Of a stretch of DNA of 64,000 nt, positions 8,785 to 18,005 are shown in pieces. Position 1 is the stretch's first letter, and every line of letters begins with the position of its first letter. Source of the stretch: Promethearchaeota archaeon. Lineage in GTDB: Archaea > Asgardarchaeota > Lokiarchaeia > Sigyniarchaeales > SOKP01. The position numbers and the translations under genes were made by a program. The notes below the pieces were generated by a model. That model saw only the letters and a list, made by a program, of their open reading frames with translations. It did no database searches and was not told where the DNA came from. The DNA lies in the NCBI GenBank assembly GCA_048938855.1, contig JBHLLT010000003.1:1-64000 (forward strand). The letters run 5' to 3'.

Positions 8785-9816
8785 TTATTTATGCTTTTTT
8801 TTACTATTTATTATTTGAGTATATAATTTTTCTAGTTGAGATGTTTTTGGTTTAGAGAATGAATCAATAGTAAATTCTGATTTAAATTCATTAACTAAAA
8901 TGTTTAATATCTCAGATCTAGATTCTTCTTTACCATTATAATAGATAATAATTTTCTTCTCTTGTGGATTATATATAACAGGATTTTTTGAAATTGCTAT
9001 ATCTAAGTTTTTATCTAAGTACGGTTCAAGATGTTGAAAGAGTTTTGTTATTATTGAGTCCTTCTTTTCTATTGTGATTGGTTTTGAAAGTTCACAGACA
9101 ATTTCCTTAGTTACAAGTAAATTCTCTAGATTTTCTAAAGTATCAAATTCTATAATTGAGCCTTTATTTATTAAAGCAATTTTATCACAAACCTCAGTAA
9201 TTTCATATAGCATATGAGAAGAAACAAATATTGTCTTTCCTTTTTTTTTTAGTTCTTTTATATTCCTTCGCACATCAATTCGAGCAGTAGGATCTAATCC
9301 AGTTTGAGGCTCATCTAATATTATAATTTCAGGATCATGAATAATTGCTGCGATAAAACCTAATTTCTGATTCATTCCTTTGGAGAAATTCTTAACCTTC
9401 TTATATTTCCATCTAATTAAATTAAAAGATGTTAATAATTGATCAATTCTTAGTTTTAATTCCTTTTTAGGATAATTCTTAAGATTTCCTATATACTTTA
9501 ATAATTGATAAGGTGTAGAATTGTAAAAATGAGGAATATCTATTAAGAAACCCATATCTACAAGGTTTTTTAATTTTTCTTTTATATTTTGTAATTCATT
9601 CTGGTTGTTTAATATGCAAATTTCTCCAGAAGTTGGTCTGATTAGTCTCGCAATTAATTTTAATGTTGTGGTTTTACCAGCTCCATTTGGCCCAACAAAT
9701 CCAATTACTTCACCTTTTTTAACTTCTATACTTATATTGTTAACAGCTGTTAAATTTCCAAACTTCTTAGAAACATTTTCTAATTTTAAAATTGTTTGAG
9801 AAATGAAGCCCACCAA
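8785..9816 (-). CDS. ABC transporter ATP-binding protein
   Basis: Walker A GPNGAGKTT, signature FSKGM, Walker B ILDEP, SSH switch. Confidence 0.95.
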   Translation of the reverse strand: MVGFISQTILKLENVSKKFGNLTAVNNISIEVKKGEVIGFVGPNGAGKTTTLKLIARLIRPTSGEICILNNQNELQNIKEKLKNLVDMGFLIDIPHFYNSTPYQLLKYIGNLKNYPKKELKLRIDQLLTSFNLIRWKYKKVKNFSKGMNQKLGFIAAIIHDPEIIILDEPQTGLDPTARIDVRRNIKELKKKGKTIFVSSHMLYEITEVCDKIALINKGSIIEFDTLENLENLLVTKEIVCELSKPITIEKKDSIITKLFQHLEPYLDKNLDIAISKNPVIYNPQEKKIIIYYNGKEESRSEILNILVNEFKSEFTIDSFSKPKTSQLEKLYTQIINSKKKHK

Positions 9817-10011
9817 TTAGGATTTTCTTTATTATATTGGGTCTATTAAAAGTAAATTGTATATAAAAATATTATATTTTTTCTTAAGACTAATTAGGAT
9901 AATGTATCAAATATAATCAAATCTATTTGGTTTTCATTAGATTTTATTTTCAATTAAGAAACATAAGCGTTTCTATAGAAGGAATAGAATGGATTATAAC
10001 TATTCTAATTG

Positions 10012-10746
10012 TTAATTTTTCAATAATTTTAAGATATCATCTAAAGATTCAAACATAATGTCAGGTTTGTATTGTGTTAAAATTTCAGCTTTACTCACCC
10101 CACTTGCGACCCCTATAGTCCAAAAACCTGCTTCACGACCAGCTATAATGTCTGAAGGCATATCACCTATCATTAAAAATTCATCTCTACGACGATTTTT
10201 ATAATTTTCTAAAGCTGGTTGAAGTGCTAAAGGATCTGGTTTTTGAACAGGTATTTTATCACTTCCATAGATTCCTTTAAAATCTGAATCAAGCCCTTCT
10301 TTTGTTAAATGCGTAATTATTGTTTCTGTTTTATTATGGGAAACAATAAAAAGATCAAAAGTCTTGCCTAATTTTTTTAGCAAAGGTTTCACTGTCGGGA
10401 AAAATTGGGCTTCTTTTGCATATTCAAGATATTTAGCAAAAATCTTAACAGCAATTTGTAATTTGTTAAAATAACTTAAACCTTGGAGTGCAGTTATATG
10501 GTTAAAAATTTCATAAGATTCAAGTAAAACCTTAGGTAGAGGATATCCTTGGATTGTTTCTAATAAAGCACCGATCTCTTGTATTGTTGCTTCCATATCA
10601 ATATCTAACTTCTTTTCTCCTAAGACTTCTTCGATTGATTTTTTGATAATTTCCCTTATATCAAGTAAAGTTCCATCAAAGTCAAATATTATTCCACGAA
10701 GTGAACCTGCTTGAAGTAATTCAATTAACTGCTTATCTCTACTCAT
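10012..10746 (-). CDS. HAD-superfamily hydrolase (phosphoglycolate phosphatase-like)
   Basis: DFDGTL motif I, KPDP motif III, GDMPSD motif IV. Confidence 0.9.
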   Translation of the reverse strand: MSRDKQLIELLQAGSLRGIIFDFDGTLLDIREIIKKSIEEVLGEKKLDIDMEATIQEIGALLETIQGYPLPKVLLESYEIFNHITALQGLSYFNKLQIAVKIFAKYLEYAKEAQFFPTVKPLLKKLGKTFDLFIVSHNKTETIITHLTKEGLDSDFKGIYGSDKIPVQKPDPLALQPALENYKNRRRDEFLMIGDMPSDIIAGREAGFWTIGVASGVSKAEILTQYKPDIMFESLDDILKLLKN

Positions 10747-10792
10747 ATAGTATAAAATAGTAGAAGAGTTAAAAATTTTTCGTATAATAGAT

Positions 10793-11476
10793 TCAAGATT
10801 GCAGTTGTTTTAAAGCGCCATATCCTTGGTAAATTTCACATATAAGGAGTGTATAGATTATTATTTTTTGCCCCGAAACATAAATAAATAATATTGTTGA
10901 AGTGATAGTGCTTGGAATAAAGAATAAAGTAAGATAATATATCATTAAAATAAAAGATGCGCTTGCTAATACAATTGCATATGATTTTGGGTATTCTTTA
11001 TTTTGAAATAATGTAATTGTAAACAAACTAAGTGAGATAAAAATCGAACCAAAACCAAGAAAGACGAAACCATTATGCCAAAAGCCCAAAATGTCTGACG
11101 GTGTAAAAGCAATTCCTATAAAGAAAATTCCAGTAAAGACTCCAAACAAGGATCCCAAAGTACTAAGAATTTTCATTTTTTTGTAACTTTTAAAAAAATC
11201 TTGGAATGCAATATAAAAAGGGATTTGAGATAATCCCCAAATACTCAATGTAATTGTAAAAAGGATAAAAGATATTATATTAAGATTACCAGAATGAGCA
11301 AATATTCGCCCTAAATCGCTAAAATAATTATACCAGAATTGGTAACCTTGCGTTAATGGATCTACATAACTTCCTCCCGGATAATAAAACATGGCTATGA
11401 ACGTAATTATTATAAATTGAATACAACCAAATATGTTAATAAGAAAAATCCAGCGTTTCCTTTTCGTTTGAATCAT
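10793..11476 (-). CDS. DUF998-like multi-pass membrane protein
   Basis: YPGG...Y.FWYNYFSDLG motif; five to six TM helices. Confidence 0.65.
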   Translation of the reverse strand: MIQTKRKRWIFLINIFGCIQFIIITFIAMFYYPGGSYVDPLTQGYQFWYNYFSDLGRIFAHSGNLNIISFILFTITLSIWGLSQIPFYIAFQDFFKSYKKMKILSTLGSLFGVFTGIFFIGIAFTPSDILGFWHNGFVFLGFGSIFISLSLFTITLFQNKEYPKSYAIVLASASFILMIYYLTLFFIPSTITSTILFIYVSGQKIIIYTLLICEIYQGYGALKQLQS

Positions 11477-11610
11477 TGAATAATTTCACATAATTCCGCT
11501 TGAAATAAAAATAGTTATAGAATAAATAAGTTAAAAATATAAAAACAATTTAGATTTGTAATTAGGAGATAAATTGTTAAATTATGCAAATATAATAAAA
11601 AGATGGTTTT

Positions 11611-12369
11611 ATGAGCGAATTTTTGATATTTAATCTTTTGATGATAACTTTTGGTTTTACATCAATAATTGTTTTTATACTACTTTTAAGGATACCCGCT
11701 GGATATGGTCAACATGTTAGTAAAAAATGGGGACCATCTATTGATAATAGATTAGGCTGGTTTTTGATGGAAATTCCTACCATTATTGTTTATTTAATAT
11801 ATTATCTCATTGGAGATCGAAAATTAGATATAGTTCCTCTCATTTTTATGGCTATATGGATGTTACATTACTGTCAACGTACATTAATCTTTCCATTGTT
11901 GATTCGTGGTAAGCTTCCAATGCCCTTAACAATAATCATGATGGGATTTATATTTAATGGAATTAATTCCTATTTACAAGCGAGATGGATTTACACTTTT
12001 TCTCCAGCATACCCTTTAAGTTGGTTATTGCATCCCTTTTTCATTATAGGAGTTTTAATTTTCTTAATTGGCTTTATTATTAATCTCCATTCTGATTATC
12101 TTATTCGCAATTTAAGAAAACCTGGAGAGACTGAATATAAAATTCCTTACGGAGGGATGTTTAAATATGTGAGTTCTCCTAGTTATTTTGGTGAAATAAC
12201 TGAATGGATTGGATGGGCAATTATGACGTGGTCATTTCCAGGACTAGTTTTTGCGATATGGACCTTTGCAAACCTAGCACCAAGAGCTCGATCTAACCAT
12301 TTATGGTATATTAAAACATTTCCAGATTATCCCAAAAATCGAAAAGCACTAGTTCCTTTTATTTTTTAA
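11611..12369 (+). CDS. Steroid 5-alpha-reductase family (3-oxo-5-alpha-steroid 4-dehydrogenase, SRD5A1/2/DET2-like)
   Basis: GWFLME, HY.QR, HSD..IRNLR, YKIPYGGMF.YVS.P.YFGE..EW, NLAPRA...H.WY, YP..RKAL.PF motifs. Confidence 0.9.
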   Translation: MSEFLIFNLLMITFGFTSIIVFILLLRIPAGYGQHVSKKWGPSIDNRLGWFLMEIPTIIVYLIYYLIGDRKLDIVPLIFMAIWMLHYCQRTLIFPLLIRGKLPMPLTIIMMGFIFNGINSYLQARWIYTFSPAYPLSWLLHPFFIIGVLIFLIGFIINLHSDYLIRNLRKPGETEYKIPYGGMFKYVSSPSYFGEITEWIGWAIMTWSFPGLVFAIWTFANLAPRARSNHLWYIKTFPDYPKNRKALVPFIF

Positions 12370-12501
12370 CTAATTATTTTTAAATTATTTAATATAATTT
12401 AGAATGGGATTTGATTTAGATTCGATTATTGGTGTCAATTAATTTTAGACTACTACATCCTCTTTGTTAAAAAAAAAATAGTAAAAAGCTAGATTAAATT
12501 T

Positions 12502-13455
12502 TTATTTTTTTAGCTTTCCCAATAACTCACGAATTCTAATTAATTCATCTAAGCGTAATGAATCCTCAGTTCTTTCATTTAAGTTATCAATCTCAAATGA
12601 ATGATCAATTAATTTTACTTTTTCCCATATTGCTGTCCGAATGAATTCTGATTGAGTTTGATGAGAAAGTTGGGCATACTTTTTAATAAAATCTAATTCT
12701 TTTTCATCCACTAAAAATTTTACTTGCTGGGTTTTTTTTAATGCTTCTTCTACTTTTTCTAATTCTTCCATTCGATGAATTTTTTCTCTTTCTCTCTCTT
12801 CTAAAACCGCTATATCAATTTCTTTTAAAAACTTTCCTTCTATATGTGATGGAATAGCTTGCTCTTTAATTTCTTTAATAACCTTAGCTCTTGTATTACG
12901 TGGTCTCTGCTTACCATAGAAAGATTTCAGATAAACAATTTGTTTAACTAAACTAGGAATTTTTTCCTCCAATTGACTGATGTCATTTGTTGATGTCTCA
13001 ATATATCCGTATATCCCTTCTTTTATTACAAATTCACGATATTTTTTTCTCTCGATTTTACCTTGGGACCCAACAGTATCTATCTTGTTTCCTATTAACA
13101 AGAGTGGTGCCCTATTTAGATTAATTTGCCACCATATATTTTTTAAACAAACTTTATGATAATCAAATGTTTCTGGTCTTGATAAATCAAAAACAAATAA
13201 AACAGCTGATGCCCCACTAGCATAAAGCTGATGAAATTTTTCAAATTGTTTATTACTAATAAAATCCCAAAATTGTAGTTTATAATTATCTTCATTGATT
13301 TTTAGTTGTTTTGTAAAAAAATTAACCCCCATTTTTTGAGTTCTCTGCTCTTCAAATACTTTTTCGGCATATAGCTCCATAATAGTTGTCTTACCAACAC
13401 CAGACGCCCCAAGAACTATGATCTTGAATAGATCATCCAAATATTCTTCACTCAT
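12502..13455 (-). CDS. Rab-like small GTPase fused to a C-terminal ribbon-helix-helix (CopG/MetJ-type) domain
   Basis: G1 GASGVGKT, degenerate G3 WDFISN, G4 NKID, G5 ETST. C-terminal QQVKFLVDEKELDFIKKYAQLSHQTQSEFIRTAIWEKV fits the RHH pattern. Confidence 0.8.
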   Translation of the reverse strand: MSEEYLDDLFKIIVLGASGVGKTTIMELYAEKVFEEQRTQKMGVNFFTKQLKINEDNYKLQFWDFISNKQFEKFHQLYASGASAVLFVFDLSRPETFDYHKVCLKNIWWQINLNRAPLLLIGNKIDTVGSQGKIERKKYREFVIKEGIYGYIETSTNDISQLEEKIPSLVKQIVYLKSFYGKQRPRNTRAKVIKEIKEQAIPSHIEGKFLKEIDIAVLEEREREKIHRMEELEKVEEALKKTQQVKFLVDEKELDFIKKYAQLSHQTQSEFIRTAIWEKVKLIDHSFEIDNLNERTEDSLRLDELIRIRELLGKLKK

Positions 13456-13462
13456 TAGTATA

Positions 13463-13470
13463 ATCCTCCT
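13463..13470 (-). promoter_or_regulatory. Shine-Dalgarno sequence (AGGAGGAT) of the GTPase-RHH gene
   Basis: Reverse complement of atcctcct, 7 nt upstream of the ATG at 13455. Confidence 0.7.
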
Positions 13471-13491
13471 ATAACTCTATAATGAATTATT

Positions 13492-13568
13492 TATATGTAC
13501 TGATTATGTACACAAATTAATCATAAGAAACATGCCTATGTAAATATATGTACTGAATAAGTACATAT
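13492..13568. promoter_or_regulatory. Pair of palindromic operators TGTAC-N7-GTACA overlapping a TATA box
   Basis: Site 1 is 13496-13512. Site 2 is 13549-13565 and extends to the perfect ATATGTACT-N5-AGTACATAT (13546-13568). Period is 53 bp. Minus-strand TATAAATA at 13488-13495 abuts site 1. Confidence 0.75.
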
Positions 13569-13630
13569 TGAAATTAAATATAACAAAATCTTTAAAATTT
13601 GATAATCAAGAATACAATAAAGAACTCAAT

Positions 13631-15991
13631 TTAAATTGCCGTATGCTCTGTTCTTCTTATGATCTCATTCTGTAAAACAATTCCTAAATCCACAAAATAA
13701 TCACTATACCCTGCTACTCGAACAATTAAATTCCTATATTGTTCTGGATTTTTTTGTGCCGCTCGTAGGGTATCTGCTGAAACCACATTGAACTGAATGT
13801 GATGGCCATTCATTTCAAAATATGCTCTTATTAAATGAACTAACTTATTAATCCTATTTTGATCTGAAAGAAACTGTGGTGTAAATTTTTGATTCAATAA
13901 AGTTCCACCTGTACGTAAATGATCGATTTTACTAGCAGATTTAATTACAGCTGTAGGTCCATTTACATCCATACCTTGAACAGGAGAAATTCCTTCTGAT
14001 AAAGGCATATAAGCTTCGCGGCCATCTGGGGTAGCCCCTGTTACTTGGCCAAAGTACACATGAACTGTTGTAGGAAGCAAATTAATTCGATGTACTCCAC
14101 CTTTAGTATTTGGACGATTATCAATTGCATTAAAAACTAAATTAAAAACTTGCTTTGTTATAGAATCTGCATAATCATCATCATTTCCATATTTAGGTGT
14201 TTTATACAATAATTTCTGTTGAATACTCTCATAACCTTTAAAATTATTTTCTAAGATTTTTAGTAAATCTTCCATAGAAATAAGCTTCTTATCAAATATA
14301 TTATATTTAATGGATGCTAGACAATCAGTAATACTGCCCATCCCTACAATTTGAATATAAGAAGTGTTGTATTTTGCCCCCCCATCATTATAATCCTTGC
14401 CTTTTTTAATACAATCATCAATTAATATTGACAAGAATGGTGCTGGATTATTAGCCCATATCTGCTCAATAATTTGGTTACCCTTGATTTTAATATTTAT
14501 GAAATGCTTAACTTGTTCAGAATAGGCTTTAAAGAAATCATCAAAAGTATTAAAGCTTGTGATGTCACCCGTTTTCAATCCAATTTGCTTCTTACTAACT
14601 GGATCGATACCATTATGGAGTGTGATTTCTAGAATTTTCACTAGGTTAAAATATCCTGTTAGAATATAAGCTTCTTTCCCAAATGCACCTGCTTCAACAC
14701 AACCACTAGCTCCTGCATTAAATGCATCTTTTATAGATTTTCCTTGTCTTGTTAATTCTTGAACAATTGCATCTGTATTGAAGATTGAAGGCTGACCAAA
14801 ACCTGTCTTTACAATTTCAAGAGCTCGTTTTAAGAACATCTCTGGAGTTTTTTTACTAATTTGAACATTACTACTTGGTTGTACTATCCGCATTTCTTCA
14901 ATTACATCTAGGAGCATATAAGAGACCTCATTAACTCCATCAGAACCGTCCTCTTTGAGACCACCAATATTAATGTTGCAAAAATCCGTATAAGTATTAC
15001 TCTCCTCTGCTGTAATACCCACTTTAGGAGGAGCTGGTTGATTATTAAATTTAACCCAAAAAGCTTGGAGCAATTCATATGCATCTTCCTTTGTTAATAC
15101 TCCTTTTTCAATATCATCTTTGTAGAAGGAGTATAGATGCTGGTCTAAACGACCGGGATTGAAAGAATCCCATGTATTATACTCAGTTATAACACCTAAA
15201 TGAATGAACCAATAATATTGCAGTGCTTCCCAAAATGTTTTGGGTGCTTGTTTTGGGACTTTAAAACATATTTCTGATATCTTTTCTAATTCTCCTTTTC
15301 TATTAGGGTCATTTTCTATACTTGCTAATCTTTTTGCTTCTTGACCATAGCGTTCAGCAAAAGATATTATAGCATCCCCACATATTTCCATTGCTTTTAA
15401 TTGCTCTCTTTTATCATAAGCGTCAGGATCGTTATAAAAATCTAATTCTTGGATACTATTTTTTATTTCTTGTTTAAAATCTAGAAATCCCTTTTCCCAA
15501 ATATTTTTTCCTGCTACAGTATGTCCAGGTGCTCTCTGTTCCATAAATTCTGTAAATATACCTGCTTCATAGGCATAAATCCATTCATTATCAACTTGAG
15601 AAAAGATTTTATCTCGAATTGATTTTCCTTTCCAGAATGGAATTATAATATCTCTTGATTTTTGTTTTGTTTTTTCAGATACTTTAAATGAAATTTTTTC
15701 TCGGGTATTAAGAATATCCAAATCTTGTAAAGTATGACAACATACTTCTGGGTATGTAGGAGTTGCTTTTGGTTCTGGACCGCGTTCACCTACAATTAAT
15801 TCCCCTTCATTAATACAGATTTTTTTATTATCTAGGATATATTTGAATGCTTTTGCCCGAGTAATTGGAGTAGAATATTTAAGGACCGCTCCACTTTTAT
15901 AAAATTCTGTGATTAGTAGAGCACGTTCTGATGAAAGATAAGGAATAGCTTCTCTACTCTGCGTTCGTAATTGCTTAATTCGTTCATTCAT
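13631..15991 (-). CDS. hypD: Glycyl radical enzyme, trans-4-hydroxy-L-proline dehydratase-like
   Basis: TYPEVCCH, FTEFMEQRAPGH, WVKFNNQPAPPKVG, ES.TYTDF, SGCVE, LPTT and RVAGY motifs, closely matching the C. difficile HypD pattern. Confidence 0.85.
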   Translation of the reverse strand: MNERIKQLRTQSREAIPYLSSERALLITEFYKSGAVLKYSTPITRAKAFKYILDNKKICINEGELIVGERGPEPKATPTYPEVCCHTLQDLDILNTREKISFKVSEKTKQKSRDIIIPFWKGKSIRDKIFSQVDNEWIYAYEAGIFTEFMEQRAPGHTVAGKNIWEKGFLDFKQEIKNSIQELDFYNDPDAYDKREQLKAMEICGDAIISFAERYGQEAKRLASIENDPNRKGELEKISEICFKVPKQAPKTFWEALQYYWFIHLGVITEYNTWDSFNPGRLDQHLYSFYKDDIEKGVLTKEDAYELLQAFWVKFNNQPAPPKVGITAEESNTYTDFCNINIGGLKEDGSDGVNEVSYMLLDVIEEMRIVQPSSNVQISKKTPEMFLKRALEIVKTGFGQPSIFNTDAIVQELTRQGKSIKDAFNAGASGCVEAGAFGKEAYILTGYFNLVKILEITLHNGIDPVSKKQIGLKTGDITSFNTFDDFFKAYSEQVKHFINIKIKGNQIIEQIWANNPAPFLSILIDDCIKKGKDYNDGGAKYNTSYIQIVGMGSITDCLASIKYNIFDKKLISMEDLLKILENNFKGYESIQQKLLYKTPKYGNDDDYADSITKQVFNLVFNAIDNRPNTKGGVHRINLLPTTVHVYFGQVTGATPDGREAYMPLSEGISPVQGMDVNGPTAVIKSASKIDHLRTGGTLLNQKFTPQFLSDQNRINKLVHLIRAYFEMNGHHIQFNVVSADTLRAAQKNPEQYRNLIVRVAGYSDYFVDLGIVLQNEIIRRTEHTAI

Positions 15992-16147
15992 ATATGGTTT
16001 TTATTGCAAAATTTAAAACCTTTAATTATTGAGAATAAAGAATTGACCTTATAAAAAATTATCTCTTATACCTCTTGCTACATTTACTATTTTTAGGTTC
16101 AATTTTAGGTTATGTTTCAAGTTCGATTTAATCTGAAGACTTACACT

Positions 16148-17836
16148 TTAAGTAACCTTTCTATTTTCTGCTTTTTTAGCTTCTTTGTCTCGTACTACTC
16201 TTCTCAAAACTTTTCCGACTGCACTCTTTGGAAGAGAACGAACAAATTTCACTATTCTTGGATATTTATAAGCAGCCATGTTTTCCATTGACCAATCGAT
16301 AATTTCTTGTTCAGTAATTTTTCCTTTATATTCTTCTTTAAGAATAATATGTGCCATGATATTTTCGCCTTTTTCTTGATCCTTAAAACCAATTACAGCA
16401 CATTCATGAATTGCAGGATGTTCATATAACACTTCCTCAATCTCTCTAGGATAAACACTATGTCCTTTATATTTTATCATATCTTTAACTCTATCGAGTA
16501 AGAAAATATAACCATCTTCATCCAATTTTGCATAATCCCCCGTTCGCAACCATCTATACCCCCCTGTTTCAAAAAATACCTTTTTATTTTCTTCCGGACG
16601 ATTATGATATCCTAGCATAATCTGAGGTCCTGATGCAACTAGTTCTCCAGATTCTCCTATTGGTAGAAAATTTAAATTTTCATCAATAATTCCAACTAAG
16701 GTGCTAGCTATAGGAACGCCACAGCTTCCTTCTTTTTTCTTACTCCATGGGGGTGAATTTGAAACACAAACAGTTGATTCACTCAAACCATATCCTTCTC
16801 CTAATGGAAACCCAGTTTTTTTTTCCCATTCTTTTGCAATTTCAATAGGCATGGCAGATGCTCCTACATTGCAATATTTAAGATTAGAAAAATCAACATC
16901 CTTACTTAAGGGAGATCTTAATATATTGATAAACATAGTGGGCACACCAAGTATAAAATTAGCCTCCATATCTTTAATAGCCTCAATTATTCGAGGAATA
17001 TCAAATGTTGGAAAAATAATACCTTTTCCTCCAGTTATAGGGCCCTGTAGAAGCTCACAAATTTGACCATATACATGATACCAAGGGAGTATAGAAAGTC
17101 CTACGAGGTCTCCCTTAATATAGTGTTCTCTCATATAATCTGAGATTTGTTTAATTTGCATTAGGTTTGACAGAGCATTATAGTGAGACAATTCAGCACC
17201 TTTTGGATCGCCTGTTGTACCACCTGTGTATTGAATAATTGCAATATCTTCTTTTGGATTTATCTTAACTGTAAATTCTTTAAATGGTTCAGAACTTGAT
17301 TCCATTAAAGTGTTGTAATGCAGTATTTTGCCTGTTTCAGGTATATCAGGAACTTTTCCTTCTACATTCACTAAAATAAGTTTTTCCAAAGGTATTTGAT
17401 CTTCTACTTTCTTGAATTCTCGAAAAAATCTATCAATCATTATCAGATATTTTGCTCCTGAATCTTTAATTTGATGAACCATCTCTCTCGCAACAAATAG
17501 GGGACTAATTGCTGTTAAAGTAGCTCCAAGACCTAAAGAAGCAAAATAACAAATACTAAATTGTGGACAATTTGGCAACCAAAGGGCTACTATATCCCCT
17601 TTTTTTATTCCTATTTTTAATAATGCATTAGCAAATCTTCTTGTTAATTGATCCATTTCCCCATATGTAAATTCCTTTCCAAAGTAATTAAATGCTACTT
17701 TATTGGCATTTTCTTTAGCACCTGTCTCAAATATATCAATTAATGACTTATCTTCAGGAATTTCAATTTCAAGAGTCATTCCATCTGGTAGATGATCCTT
17801 CCAAATTCGATTTGTAATATAATCTGGTAATTCCAT
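16148..17836 (-). CDS. fadD: Long-chain fatty acid--CoA ligase
   Basis: YTGGTTGDPKG, EGYGLSE, RTGD, DRVKDMI, LPKSAVGKVLRR motifs. Confidence 0.9.
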   Translation of the reverse strand: MELPDYITNRIWKDHLPDGMTLEIEIPEDKSLIDIFETGAKENANKVAFNYFGKEFTYGEMDQLTRRFANALLKIGIKKGDIVALWLPNCPQFSICYFASLGLGATLTAISPLFVAREMVHQIKDSGAKYLIMIDRFFREFKKVEDQIPLEKLILVNVEGKVPDIPETGKILHYNTLMESSSEPFKEFTVKINPKEDIAIIQYTGGTTGDPKGAELSHYNALSNLMQIKQISDYMREHYIKGDLVGLSILPWYHVYGQICELLQGPITGGKGIIFPTFDIPRIIEAIKDMEANFILGVPTMFINILRSPLSKDVDFSNLKYCNVGASAMPIEIAKEWEKKTGFPLGEGYGLSESTVCVSNSPPWSKKKEGSCGVPIASTLVGIIDENLNFLPIGESGELVASGPQIMLGYHNRPEENKKVFFETGGYRWLRTGDYAKLDEDGYIFLLDRVKDMIKYKGHSVYPREIEEVLYEHPAIHECAVIGFKDQEKGENIMAHIILKEEYKGKITEQEIIDWSMENMAAYKYPRIVKFVRSLPKSAVGKVLRRVVRDKEAKKAENRKVT

Positions 17837-18005
17837 TTTAATCTATTTATAGTCTAACATATTTTCAATTATTAAATTTGCCATCAATATTAAAATTCTT
17901 AGAATCAACTTTACAAATCATTTTTTAATGATTTACTACTATAAATCAAGTTAAGCTGAAAAACTCAAAACACATATTTTTAATTTTATTTATAGGTAGA
18001 ATAAT

